Shown: in pieces, positions 51,776-64,000 of the stretch
Position numbering within the stretch: the stretch's first letter is position 1
How the letters are laid out: every line of letters starts with the position of its first letter
Assembly: GCA_951406725.2 (NCBI GenBank)
Contig: OX597816.1
Location: forward strand, 117,304,001-117,368,000
Length of the DNA: 64,000 nt
Reading direction: 5' to 3'
Source: Octopus vulgaris
Taxonomy: Eukaryota
Program-made: the position numbers and the translations under genes
Notes under the pieces: generated by a model
What the model was told of the DNA's origin: nothing
What the model saw: the letters and a program-made list of their open reading frames with translations, nothing else
Databases searched by the model: none

Positions 51776-52342
51776 AAAAATGTTTTATATCCACGCAGTC
51801 AGACAAGGAAGATGTCGGTTAGAATGTCTTTCAAAATAGTCTTCGGTCAAAGCTAGCCTGATATACATACTTTCCTTCATTTCCTTTCCTATTGAATATT
51901 TTTTCTGTTTATTTACATCTTACTTTCCTTTGATTAAACAATAACTAAATAAAATCCACCCAATTAACATTGGTATGAAATAACAGGTTTGGCTCTATGA
52001 CTCATGGGGAAGTAGACGCAAAACGTTTTTGTAATGCAAAATCGTCGGTTGGGTGTTACTAACTGAGCTTTTATTTACTTCTACATGAAGCACGTCTCAT
52101 AAATTCCGACGTCTCCTTTCACATATCTCTGAGATATTTAGTAGTCGCTTTTACTATTATACATTTTCTTCTTTTCTACCTGTAGAATTACGGTTTTTTT
52201 TTCCTTTTTAAAAAATTTCTCTGTTGTCTTCTGGTATAATGAAAATTTTATATGAATGATCTCAGAAGACAAGCAGACAAATAATTTTTCATTGATCACG
52301 AAAGAAAAAAAGCCAACTGTAAAATTTGCCTTTGATCTAATA

Positions 52343-52485
52343 CATCCTTTTCTACTAGAGGAACACGGCCTAAAATTTAGCAGGGAGGGGGCTAGTCGGT
52401 CCTAGTACTTCTTTTATCGACCCCGAAAGGCAAAGTCAACCTCAACAGAATTTGGACTTGGAACGTAAAGACGAAGCTCGCCGCT
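52343..52485 (-). mobile_element. Internally deleted family A SINE
   Basis: TSD tttgatctaata at 52331-52342 and 52486-52497. Confidence 0.8.
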
Positions 52486-55400
52486 TTTGATCTAATAAAT
52501 TAACAAAGAGGGGTCTTATAACTACATACTTACAAATCAATTAAATTTATCTCTTCCTGTAGGCTAATTAAGAAAATAAATAACTGCTTTTTACTTACTT
52601 ACAGACATAAAAATCAAATTTAGAAAAAGAAAAAAGTGTAATTAATTGATAAAACTAATTACCCGTTATTTTTAAAGCATTTCATTACTGTCATTAGTAA
52701 AGTGTAGTTATAAATTTCAGAAATATTAAATTATTACGAAATAAATTAAGCACAGTTTTTTAGGGACCTGTTTTTTCTATTTACATTCTATAACGAAATA
52801 GATATGTTCTTAGGTTTGATGTTAACAATTTTAAGTCTATATCACCATTCAAACATTAACATATTTTAGAAATAGTAAAAATGAAATAAATGTATTTCAT
52901 ATAAATTGCACTTAATCTTTCTCGACGTAATTGTATCCTCTAAATAAGAGAAATTAATTTGAGTTGGAATATTTAATTGGGATGAAACAATATACAGTTT
53001 TAAAAAATTGTCGTTTTCTGCATAAATCTGGAATGGTGCATATGTCAGAAATGAGAACAGTTTCGTTCACGTGTCTAATGCCTTTATCATTCGTTCATCA
53101 TCACATCACATTCCCACTCTTCCTTTAACTTTTAACTCTGAAGCTTTATAACTACAGCCATATTGAATTATGTTTGTGGCAAGTGGAAACTGAAAAATAC
53201 AGGACATAAAAAAATAAAAAATTCTAAATTTTATTATTTTAGTGTGATTCTAATCTAAACCACTGGTAATAACAGTAAATTCATACATATTAAATACTAG
53301 TATTGACATTCTTTGCTGAGACAACCGACTGAGATGGCGTTGGAGGTAGTGATGGACTAATAGCAGCCTGCCAAGGCGCTTTTGTCTTCGTGTGATGTTT
53401 AATATATAAATAGAAATCACTTACACACACTTTCATCACCTACTCATATATTGATACAAATAATATTCAACATATGTACTATTATTTACAACTACATTTG
53501 CTCATTTTGTTTTAATCAAATAATAACTGCTAAAAACTGGGTGTAACAGACTTTCACATGTAAATATCACAATAAAATATAGGCATGACGAATTAAAAAA
53601 AGAAAAACTATACACATAAATTTTAAATTTATTTTCTGCTTTGCCTCGCAATACCTCCGAAAATGGCTATGAGCATTTTAAAGCAATTGCTATGTTAAAT
53701 GAGGCCCATAAGGCAACTATTTATTTCCCTCCCAATTACGATTATTATACGTATACATATATAACACACGCACAAGCACGATTTCTTAGAAACCAGCGTT
53801 TTCCGAAGTAGGTTTCCACGAACATCAGGGTTTTTGCAAGATGACTTTTTAATAAAATTTGATACAAATGCACTTTATTAAAGAATAGTATTCACCATTT
53901 TAAGTTGCAATATATGTGTTAATCCCTCCATATATAAAATATACATACATGCATGAATGCATATATATATATACGCACACACATATGTACGGTAACTAAA
54001 GTTTATATTCAACAAGTAAAATGTTCTGTCCCTGTGACTGCATAAAAAAATTATTTTTATTTACTTCTTTGTCCCTTTTGTTAAATCAAAACGTATTTAT
54101 ACAACCAGTTAGAGATTCAACAAGCATATTCCAAATAAAATAGAAACACCGTTTTAACATGGTATGACACCTAAATAGATTATCGTTTTGCTACTTAAAA
54201 GCTTCCCCGTGATTCATCAAGAAGAATCAGATGTTGATGCCATTTTATTTTTTCCCCACAAAGCCTAGTCGATGAAGTTGAATTAACCTCAAGGGAACCG
54301 AAATAGTGGTTTTAGTTATATGTGAGCACTGGTGCCTGCAAAACGAATCACGTATTTTATCAAGTTTAATTCAACACAATCATTACTAGATTACCCCATA
54401 TTCATATTTCTCCTTTTCCTTATCTATAACAAAATGTTTAATTGATCTTCAGAAAAATTTTGAAGGTATTTTAGATGGAAGAATGGAAGCTATCTTAATC
54501 GATTCTTGCTTTGGTAGTCACACCATTTATCATAATTATATATTCAGCAGTGTATTGTAGATGTAAGCTTATCCAGTCCAGTTTCAAATCCAAATGGATG
54601 CTATTAACATTAATAAGAAACAAATTAAAAACGTTCTTAACAGTATAAATTTCATCCCTATTTCCCAATAAAACTGATGGCCTAAGTGCAAGAAATATAC
54701 TTTTTTATTATCCTGCGTTTTAACCTCCATTTATTCTCATTAGCACACATTAAAAGAAATCACTATCTGAAGCTGTTGATTATTTTGTAACTTAAGTTAT
54801 CATTACGTGATAAAATTCTAACTTAAACTTCTTTGGGCTTCTTTTAATTGTTGAAATTACACTTTAGTCGAACAGCCATAAAGAAATCTTATTTGTAAAG
54901 ATTTTTTTTTAATATTCGCCTGAATTTTTCAATTTATAACATAAAGTAGACAGTTGGTTTTTTTCATATTTACTTTCAAATTGAATATAATTCAATCCCT
55001 GTCTTTAATATAAACAACTTATTGCGTCATAGTATTCTATTCGCAAAACATTTTATTTCTGCTATTGATGCAACGATGATATCATTTTATTAAACACACC
55101 CTCGATTTCAGTCTTCCACAAAGGACTGGCGGACACACACGCATCTATACATTAATCATGCATAAATGAATATAAAGAAATATTCCTCGATTTTAAAATA
55201 CTCGCTAAAAAGATTTGTTTTCAGAAATCTCACAGGAAAGTTGACCTGATATTTTGCAAATTTCATTTTCTTCTATTATGCTATCAATACAATTGGGATT
55301 GGTAACTTGTACAATAATTAAAAATTTGTCTGGTCAATTTTCCGATTAGAGAATTAGACGATATACTATATAGAGTGTACGACACTCACACATATACACG

Positions 55401-56706
55401 TAAGTGTATACGCAAGCACCTATACGTGTGTGAACATGTCTAAGTGCATAAATATTGTCTTACTGAATTAGTATAGAATTAAAATATTAACAGTGCATGT
55501 TGTCTTTAAAATTGAAACAGTGAGTCTTCAATCACTAAATATTGATGACTAAAATAGCTATGTCTATTCTCTTAATAATTATGGCGGACGAGGCCGTTCT
55601 CTTCTCAATTCATGCTAATGTTGCCATTTAATCTACAGAGTTACACTTTTAATAAATATCTCTACCGTAATTACGTCATCGTCTAACTAAACTCAGCTTA
55701 CGTTCATGAGAAAGTCATGATTTTCGCTATGTCACCTTCATTGACTGAATATAAGTCACGTATAAACTAATACGTAACTTGTATTTCGCTACGCAATTAA
55801 TATAATGACTTCACTGGTGACAAAAAATGTTTTACTGAATTCCTTGAAACAAAAGAAAAAATCCCATAAAAACTTGAATTTCCATTTGTATCTGACAATC
55901 TGCACCTAAAAAATTGGACAAAATAATTAGTTTAGTAAAATTTCAGAACGATAAGATTTTTGGTAGCCCACAATATACCCTATATACATGCACAATTATA
56001 TTTATAATATATACACTCATACTGACGTTTTTATTCATCCATTTATACATACATATGCACAAACGTATGCTCTCATGTATATGTATACACACATACATCT
56101 TTTATCTTTTGTTTCAGATATTAGACTGCAGCCATGCTGAAGCACCGCATTGAAGAATTTTAGTCGAACGAATCGACCTCAGTACTTTATATATATTTAC
56201 GGCTCTGATTCTGAATAATTGCTGAAGAACTGCAGAAATAATTCGAAAACTAAAATGAAATCAGTGCTACTAGCCTATTTAGCGTGCGACCTCCCTGAGC
56301 CTGTTACATTATTATGCAGACTACTTAAGATATGATTACACTGTAGATTGAAAAGAAAACTGCCATGTAATTGATTAGACTCGTAATTTTTATTATAATA
56401 ACAAAAGAAAAACTGTACAATATGATTTATTAATGATAACATTCTTTATTATGATAAAACAAAACCGTACATGAGTAATGGCATACATGTAGCATCACAT
56501 CCTTTAATGGCATACTATTCGTATATCATTTTGAAATTCTACAAATACAGCATCTGCATCATTTTTTTTTCTTTTAGAACTTTCCAGCAAATGTGGTCAA
56601 GGTGCAGAAGCTGGCCCCTATATAATATTCTCCAGTATGTCTGTCGATCAATGAATTTTGCTTCCTTTATTTGGAGTTATCGGTAAACCTACACAAGTGT
56701 GCCTAG

Positions 56707-56850
56707 AAAATTTCATTTAAAAATGTCCATTTTTTAAAAAGTTACGAAGAAATAAAATCGGGTGGCACACAGGGCATACTCACGTATGCTCCCCCACCGA
56801 TTTCGTTTCCTTGTAACTTTAAGAAAAAAAGGATTTTTTTAATGAAATTT
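56707..56850. repeat. Imperfect palindrome (MITE-like)
   Basis: aaaatttcatt...aaagttac...aaatcgggtgg vs ccaccgattt...gtaacttt...aatgaaatttt. Confidence 0.7.
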
Positions 56851-57891
56851 TCCCCTCATTCTCATTCTCCGTACCAACCTATCTTCGTGCACGATGGAAA
56901 ACGATAGCCTACCCCTCGCACTTCTTGACAACTATATATCACAGTACTGAAAATTTTTTTACTATTGTGCTCATGGGTATTTCCATTACTATTACAAAAA
57001 ATTAGCGGAGGACATGGCAGACCGTCACCACGCCCACATTCCTTTTTTTTTTTTTTCATGTCCGCCAAATTAGCAATAGTTCTTAAAATTTTGCACAAAC
57101 TCAGATCGCAATGTAATTTATTGTTCATCTCCGGTTAATGCAGTTTCCTATCCGGATAGAACGTGAAGTGAAGCACTCTTTGCGGAGACATTAAAGTCTA
57201 GGCATGTTATTTCCTACCTCAGTCACGTTTCCTTCTTTTCTTGTACATCGACTTGCAAGACCACATCGATGACAAGGGTCTGCTTCTAGTGACTCCGTAG
57301 AAATCTCTCAACAGCTTTGTACAGGGCAAACTCATTTAAGAGAAATATTCTCGGCTTGATCTTTAGAAGCATATTAATGTGGTATTCGTTGGTCACCCTG
57401 TCTTGAGGTCAGGTCAAATAGGATTTTCATTGATGTGCCGGATATACAGAAATTTACTACCTGAAATAGAAAATTCCGAAAATGGCAAAATAAGCAGTCT
57501 GATACATTGCGCATATCCTGATGCACGAAAGAAACTTTCTTGAAATTTTAATTGTTTATTTAGAATTTTGTGAATTAGAAATAATTTCAAATGAGTTTAC
57601 CCTGTACAAATTATGAAGAGCATCCCAAACGTAACCATCCAATCCTTTAAAATATTTTAAACCTTGACCATCCTGGACTTCTCTAAAAGTGTCCCAGCAG
57701 TATTCATCTAGATTTTTAACGCTTTTCATCCAACATTCCTAAAGTGAGCAACCTGTTTTAAAATTTCTAACCGTGACCATCCCATCTTTTTTTTTAAACG
57801 TTCTTGCTGTGACCATGGAGTCTTTAAAAAATGTATATTCCAGTTATGACTCTCAACTTTTAAAAAGAGATCTTCAATCCTAAGTTATATA

Positions 57892-58044
57892 TATCTGTAA
57901 TATAATATGTGACAATTATTCGGTTGCAATAAGCATTTTTGTTTGTCTTAATGACTGACGAGATGCCGGAGCAGATTTCCGCCCCGACATCCGAAACTCG
58001 GAGTTTTATTATAGCAACCGAATAATTGACATATATTACAGATA
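57892..58044 (+). mobile_element. Fold-back micro-element enclosing a hammerhead ribozyme (57949-58011)
   Basis: Inverted arms of about 38 bp; taatga-CTGACGA-gatgccggagcaga-tt-tccgccccgacatc-c-GAAA-ctcgga-GTT-ttatta. Confidence 0.72.
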
Positions 58045-58246
58045 AATTCCTCTATTTACCTAATATCATGGTCTCATTCATTACTATCAATATATATATA
58101 TATACACTATACACACACATACAATTTTAAATATATATATATATATATATACATATCGTTTTTAGATTTGGTTTGGAGAGTCAAGACTTGAAAATGTTGC
58201 AAGACGCAACGAAAATTTTAGGAAAATAAAAATAAGGAATAAGTGG

Positions 58247-58306
<60 letters not shown>

Positions 58307-58317
58307 TACATATGTGG

Positions 58318-59591
58318 ATCGATTGCATTAAGGGCGCAGTCGTCAGCAAAGCAAGAGAAAGTCTCTGACGACTGTCTCCCTCACCTTTGTGACAGCCTGC
58401 AATATTCTGGAGTTGAAAAGTTTCCCGTCTGTCCTGTACTTGATGTCGATACCGGACTTGCAGTCCCTAAAGGCGTCGGACAACATTGCCGAGAACATGA
58501 TGCTGAACAGTGTTGGGGCCAGGACACAGCCCTGCCTGACTCCGTTGGTCACCTGGAAGGTGAGGGAGACAGTCGTCAGAGACTTTCTCTTTGCTGACGA
58601 CTGCGCCCTTAATGCAATCGATGAGCAGGAGATGCAGCTCGAGATGGACAGGTTCTCATCAGCCTGTGACAACTTCGGTCTCACCATCAGTGCCAAGAAA
58701 ACCGAAGTGATGTTTCAGCCAGCCCCCGGCAAACAATACCATGAGCCTCAGATAAAGGTGAACGGACGGATCCTACGAGTGGTGGAAAACTTCACCTACC
58801 TGGGCAGCACTCTCTCCTGCAATGCCAACATAGATGCTGAAACCATCAACAGAATCTCTAAGGCAAGCAGCGCGTTTGGGAGACTGCGAAAGAAAGTCTG
58901 GGAGCGGAGAGGAATCAGCCTCAACACCAAGCTGAAAGTCTACCGGGCAGTCGTGCTTACCACCCTACTATACGGCTACGAGACGTGGACTGCTTACCGA
59001 AGGCACGAGCGCCAGATAAACCACTTCCATCTCAGGTGTCTTCGGAACCTCCTTCACATCCGCTGGCAGGACAAAGTCCCAGACACGGAAGTTTTGAAGC
59101 AGGCAGATCTCCCTAGCATCATCACAATCATGCGCAAGGCCCAGCTGAAATGGGCGGGCCACGTCTCCCGCATGTCCGACACTCGCATCCCAAAACAGCT
59201 CTTCTACGGTGAACTCGGCCAGGGCAGGCGCAAAGTCGGAGGGCAGAAGAAGCGCTACAAGGATAGTCTTAAGGTCTCTCTCAAAGACTTCTCCATCGGA
59301 ACAGAGACCTGGGAGACACTTGCTGCCAACCGCTCATCCTGGCGCAGCGCAATCACCGTGGGAGCAGGGACAGCCGAGGAGGGACGGATTCGGTCAGCGG
59401 AGCAGAAACGTCAGATGCGTAAAGCCAGAGCCGCCTGCACCAGTAGCACGGCCCCTACCTACTTCTGCCCCACCTGTGGGAGGGGCTTCCTTGCCCGGAT
59501 TGGCCTCACCAGCCACCCCAGGTCTCATGGCGGCAGTTCCATCAGATGATGTCAGTTGGTCATCTTCGAACCGAAGGACGAACATTATTAT
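58318..59591 (+). mobile_element. Young 5'-truncated RTE-BovB-like LINE with 5' inversion
   Basis: Open frame 58557-59549 (LFADD, FTYLGS, LLYGYETW, QLKWAGHV, CPTCGRGF..RIGL.SH); 58318-58558 is the inverted upstream RT (GVRQGCVLAPTLF on minus); TSD tacatatgtgg at 58307-58317 and 59592-59602. Confidence 0.96.
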
Positions 59592-59602
59592 TACATATGT
59601 GG

Positions 59603-60445
59603 AAAATTCTGTCTGTGTGTGTGTTTGCTTATGGGTTTGTTTACTAACTCCTCCTACATCGTTTTATCGATTTTTATGAAACTTGACACGTGAGTAGAAC
59701 TCATGTCTGGAAACCTCGTGACATACTTAGATTGTTGAAAAAAAAATCGATAATTGGGCTCCTGGAAGGGATCCTTATATATATCTAAAAAAATTATTTT
59801 AAAAATCAAGGGAAATAACCCTTTCGCTCCTGGAAGGGATCTTTAATATAGCCAAGAGAAATAACCCATTCACTTTCGTAAATTATTTGGTATAAATCAT
59901 ATTGAGTATGCTTATTTTTTAGTATTTTAACTGTTAGACTTATTTTCGTAATTTCCCCAATACAACGCTTAAACAAGTAAATAGTATTTTCCTAAACAAT
60001 AGATCCACTTATTTCGGTTAGTGACTTATTCCCGAATATACCAACACTAGCGCCGCTGAGTAATATTTTCTGGGAACGCACAAAAGCCCTTTCAGAGTTA
60101 TTTAATTTGAATTGTTATTATCTAATATCTGATTACATAACATGGTTCACGATTTTAGTATATATACCTTATTAGTATTTCCTAATTTATTTTAATTCTT
60201 ACTATCGGGTAACTAATTTCATGTTATTACATAACTGATTTCACAATTTGGGTATTCATAACTTATTGGGAATTCCTAAAAACAAGACCCTGTGTAAGAC
60301 AGTTCGGTATTCTATGTAAATGCACAAAAACTGTTTTAAGGGCTACATACTATGTATTGTTGTTACTGGATTAGCGAAACAATTATGAGAACGGAACCAA
60401 GGAATAAGCCCCGCTTTCCCGGGAATTACCGGGTACGTCAGCTAG
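59603..60445 (+). mobile_element. Non-autonomous Helitron (5' end probably near 58300, split by the RTE insertion)
   Basis: 3' hairpin cccgg-gaatta-ccggg (60418-60433) 8 nt before CTAG|T. The 5' part aaaattctgtctgt recurs at about 28312-28330. Confidence 0.75.
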
Positions 60446-60482
<37 letters not shown>

Positions 60483-60486
<4 letters not shown>

Positions 60487-61059
60487 CAGAATTAATCTTC
60501 TCTCTTCGCTCTTATACGCCATTTGGTCTCAACTCTCCCCCCCTCCTCACCTATCCTTTCCCCCCCGACCCCTACCTCTTCAGTCCTTCATCCTTTCACC
60601 CCTACTCCCCTTCCCTTCTTCCCTCTTTCTCCCTCTCTCCTTCCCTCTTCCCCTTCCCTCTGCTCCCTCACTCCCTCTCTCCCCCTCTCCCTCTTTCCTC
60701 CTTCCTCCCCATCCTCCCCTTCCTTCTCCCCCTCCTCTCTCTTCCCCATTCTCCCCCTCCCCTCTTCTCCTCACTACACCACACGACGTTACACATCACA
60801 TCATATATGATGTGCCATACTAATACATACACCAATTAATTCATACTAATACGTACTAATACATACTAATACATACTAATACATACACCAACCCTATACA
60901 TACACACGTCCAGACCCCGCATACGCACTTATACTCTCTCATACACACACACACACTTATACATACTAATACGTACTAATACATACTAATACATACTAAT
61001 ACATACACCAACCCCATACATACGCACGTCCAGACCAATCCTACGCACTAATACTCTCT

Positions 61060-61094
<35 letters not shown>

Positions 61095-61452
61095 ATACAT
61101 ACTAATACATACACCAACCCTATACATACACACGTCCAGACCCCTCCTACGCACTATTAGCTGGTCCTTCAACCCTATTATCTCCCCTTATTTCGCTCTC
61201 GCGTCTCATGTTTGATCTTTGACCTCTGGCCGAAATCAGATCGCCATGTTGATTCGTTAGCTACTGCACGCATTTTTTTCTCTCCTTCTTTCTGTGTTTT
61301 TTTTTCTCTCTGTGTATCTTTCTGTTGAAGAGCGTAGGCTCGAAACGTTAAAGACTTGTTTTATTTATATTTCCTGAACGCCATACTAATACAATTGTTC
61401 GTTTGTTTTCCACCTGCCTTCGTCTTTTGTCTATTTTCATAAAGCTTCCCGT
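60483..61452 (+). mobile_element. 5'-truncated Penelope-like element (GIY-YIG C-terminus, pyrimidine tract, tandem repeats, HHR-bearing terminal repeat)
   Basis: ELIFSLRSYTPFGLN matches the E..IF.L....P.GLN end of Penelope GIY-YIG domains; HHR-like tcttt-CTGTTGA-a-gagc-gtag-gctc-GAAACGTT-aaaga at 61317-61354. Confidence 0.75.
60841..61156. repeat. Tandem repeat of about 120 bp x3, built on a 10-bp acatactaat subunit
   Basis: Units begin at about 60841, 60961 and 61097 and share acatacaccaaccc...cacgtccagacc...tacgcact. Confidence 0.9.
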
Positions 61453-61453
61453 T

Positions 61454-61484
<31 letters not shown>

Positions 61485-61551
61485 CATATATCGTTTGTAG
61501 AAATACATAAATACGGGGTAGAAGCACACTCTAAGATGTAGAGCAGTTGAT

Positions 61552-61736
61552 TATTATAGTGGGGACCGGTTTATAGAGTTACCCTAGCTTTCTCGCTCAT
61601 AAGGGGTTTAACCTTACGACATATCTTCAGACCCCAAACATTGATAGCATAAAGGCCTCTTCAAAATATCCTGGGTTTGAAAATATTTTGAAGCGAGAAA
61701 TCCAGGGTAACCCAATAAACCGGCCTCCGTTATAAT
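61552..61736. repeat. Fold-back element with arms of about 45 bp and HHR-like remnants
   Basis: ggggaccggtttatagagttaccctagctttctcgct vs agcgagaaatccagggtaacccaataaaccggcctcc; CTGAAGA on minus at 61630-61624. Confidence 0.7.
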
Positions 61737-62060
61737 ACACACACGCACACACACATACACTCACTCATATATATATATATATAATATATATATTTAAAAT
61801 TCCGTTGAATTAGATACTTAAATTGAGGTACCTTTCTAGGTCGGTATGATCCGCACACGCTAACAATATTAATTGAATATTGAATATCAGGACTTCGTGT
61901 ACGGGTGTTTGTACATGATATTTCAGCTGTGTGTGCAGACAAGACAAACCCAGCTAAGTGAAGATATTCGCTCTTGGTAATTCTGACCATTACTTTTTAT
62001 AAACGTACTTTCTAAAATATTTCCGAAGTGCAGATTCCAGGTTAGGTGAATAAAATATAA

Positions 62061-62151
62061 ATGAGTAACAAAGATGTGCAGGTGTCAGTTCATTACGGAG
62101 TAGCTTGAAACGGCCGTAATGAATTGACACCTGTATATCTTTGTTACTCAT
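62061..62151 (+). repeat. 38-bp stem hairpin with 15-nt loop
   Basis: atgagtaacaaagatgtgcaggtgtcagttcattacgg / ccgtaatgaattgacacctgtatatctttgttactcat. Confidence 0.9.
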
Positions 62152-62267
62152 ATACATATATTAGTAGTATTTTGTAAGCTTAAAGCTCATAAGCGATCAT
62201 TGTGCAATGGTTAAAGAAATTAGTCTAATACTGGAGCTTACACGACCTCGACGGAAAAAAAAGTTTT

Positions 62268-62343
62268 TTCCGTACGCGTGGGACACGAACCTACATCTCT
62301 TTGTTTTCGTGACAAGTGTACTAACCATTTAAACTATCGTCGA
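62268..62343 (-). mobile_element. tRNA-derived remnant (SINE head-like)
   Basis: Minus strand tagtttaaatggttag (A box-like) ... gtaggttcgtgtcccac (B box/T arm); no proper acceptor stem. Confidence 0.5.
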
Positions 62344-62835
62344 AAAACTTCCTCCAGACACACATATAAACTCACTCTAGGTATTTTCTCTTAACTGTGT
62401 GTGTGTGTATTTTGTGAGTGTGTGTTCGTGTTCATGCATATATGTATATTAAAAAGTGTTATTAAAAAGCTAGGGAGACTATATTAATATTAGAGTAAAA
62501 TTTATTGTAAATTTCGAATTGAATGGGACTTCAAATTTCGCTTATCGGATATTCAACCGAGTTGTGTAGGTCAATTGGAGAAAATTTGAAGAATAGAAAA
62601 GTTTTTCAACGAAAGTCTAATTAAATTTGTCATAGTTACGACTAATTTTTTTCGGAAGAAATATACGTAATTATAATTTATCGGATGTTCGTACCAATCC
62701 GTTTTATTTACGACATAAAAAAAGATTGAATGCCACAAAAACATTCAGCCTATCATTGCTATTAAACTATGACATTATTTTTTACAAGTTACCTATTTAA
62801 TGAACATGTTTTTAAATTGAGGAATATATATTTAT

Positions 62836-63169
62836 CAGTGGCGTAGCTATTAGGGGAACAAGACAGCACTCCACGAGCACATTTTTTTCAAAATTGGCGC
62901 CTTCTTAACAATTTTTTAAAAAACTGTTTATATAATAATAATGAAATTATTGTATACAGTGCTCAGGTGCACCACAACTATTAATTACCTATATCAGTAG
63001 TTGTTTTATACATAATGATATTGTTATTGAAACATGAAATTAATGTAGAATAAATTATATTGTAACTAATGAAACATCGCGTAATATAAAAGAAATGAGT
63101 CAAAAACTGCTGTCAGGGCGCTTTCTTTGTGTTTGCTCCCACTAACTTTAGAACTTGGCTACGCCTCTG
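62836..63169. mobile_element. hAT MITE
   Basis: TIRs cagtggcgtagc / gctacgcctctg; TSD atatttat / atacttat. Confidence 0.85.
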
Positions 63170-64000
63170 ATACTTATACATAAATATGTAACATTAAATG
63201 TGTGCGTGTCTCATGGAAGAAGCCTCTACGTATCGCTCGACTAGCTAGAAGTTGCAGCTAAAGTGTCTCAAATCATATCTTGTCATTTCAGAAAGGATAG
63301 TCACGGGTTCTCTGCATATAGATTGAAAAAAGAAAAAGTTATGGTTCGCCTGTTTTTGATCTGCTCGATGAGAACTGACTGGGTTTGAATAACACCACCT
63401 AAGATTGCAGGTGTGGTTTTTAATATTATTGTTGCTCAATGACAAAAACTTAAAGTTAGTGAATAAAAAGTAATAAAAGTAATGATGCAATGACATTCAG
63501 GTTTATAAAAAAAAAAAAGAAATTTATATTCATTGTGAAAGTAAATATGAAGAAAGGAATATGTCTATTTTTTATTCTATTTCATATATAGCTTTATTAT
63601 AAATTGATAGTCTTCGTAAATTAAAAGAAAAAAGAAGCTATTTAATAAGATTTCTTCGTAAGTTAGAAGAAGCATTGCAGAAATTTAGCAATTTTGAATT
63701 ATAGCCAAATAATAACTCCAGACAGTGCAGCAATTATTCTCAGGATCCGGGGAAAAACATTTGGCGCCCTTATTTAAATCATGTTAATTTCGCACCCCTT
63801 TGCGCCTGCGCAACTTCTACACACCTGGGTAACTTCTACCTTCTTATTTCTGACTCTGAATACAGTCATAACTTTTTTGTTTTGTTTTGTTGGGAGTGAT
63901 TATAGGGGCACAATTCTAATAATTAGCAGAAGCAAAAAATTTGGAAATAAAACCATTTCTTACACAAAACCATAAATTTACAAGGAAGAAGAAATAAAGA

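Noticed and set aside
57217-57461. Minus-strand segment bounded by a good acceptor and donor
   Set aside because: Stops in all three frames; could only be a non-coding exon and there is no other support.
58389-59549. 386-aa ORF as a host gene
   Set aside because: Chimeric: the first 56 aa are antisense of the inverted RTE segment and the rest is RTE ORF2.
60447-60839. Pro/Ser/Leu-rich ORFs
   Set aside because: Translation of a pyrimidine tract; only the short ELIF...GLN piece is meaningful (Penelope).

Overview
AT-rich, microsatellite- and retroposon-dense animal DNA. The SINE, RTE, CR1 and Penelope repertoire looks like an octopus or other coleoid cephalopod genome (inference). The only confidently identified host gene is the 5' end of a ubiquitin gene on the minus strand (codons 1-34, running off the left edge). 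It has a splice acceptor 4 nt before the ATG and a candidate non-coding first exon with a CCAAT/TATA/HSE promoter at about 3.2-3.7 kb, which is a polyubiquitin-like layout. The rest is mostly transposon debris: CR1-group, RTE, I-group-like and CRE LINE fragments, three tRNA-derived SINE families, hAT and piggyBac MITEs, and a Helitron. The most striking recurrent signal is a set of hammerhead-ribozyme (HHR) cores, many inside 100-400 bp fold-back micro-elements and one attached to a Penelope GIY-YIG C-terminal remnant. Also notable: a young RTE insertion with a twin-priming-type 5' inversion, a possible fossil ORF of unknown family inside the ubiquitin 5'UTR intron, and alternating CpG-retaining and CpG-depleted domains that may outline unannotated gene bodies. 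All calls were made by eye without database searches.
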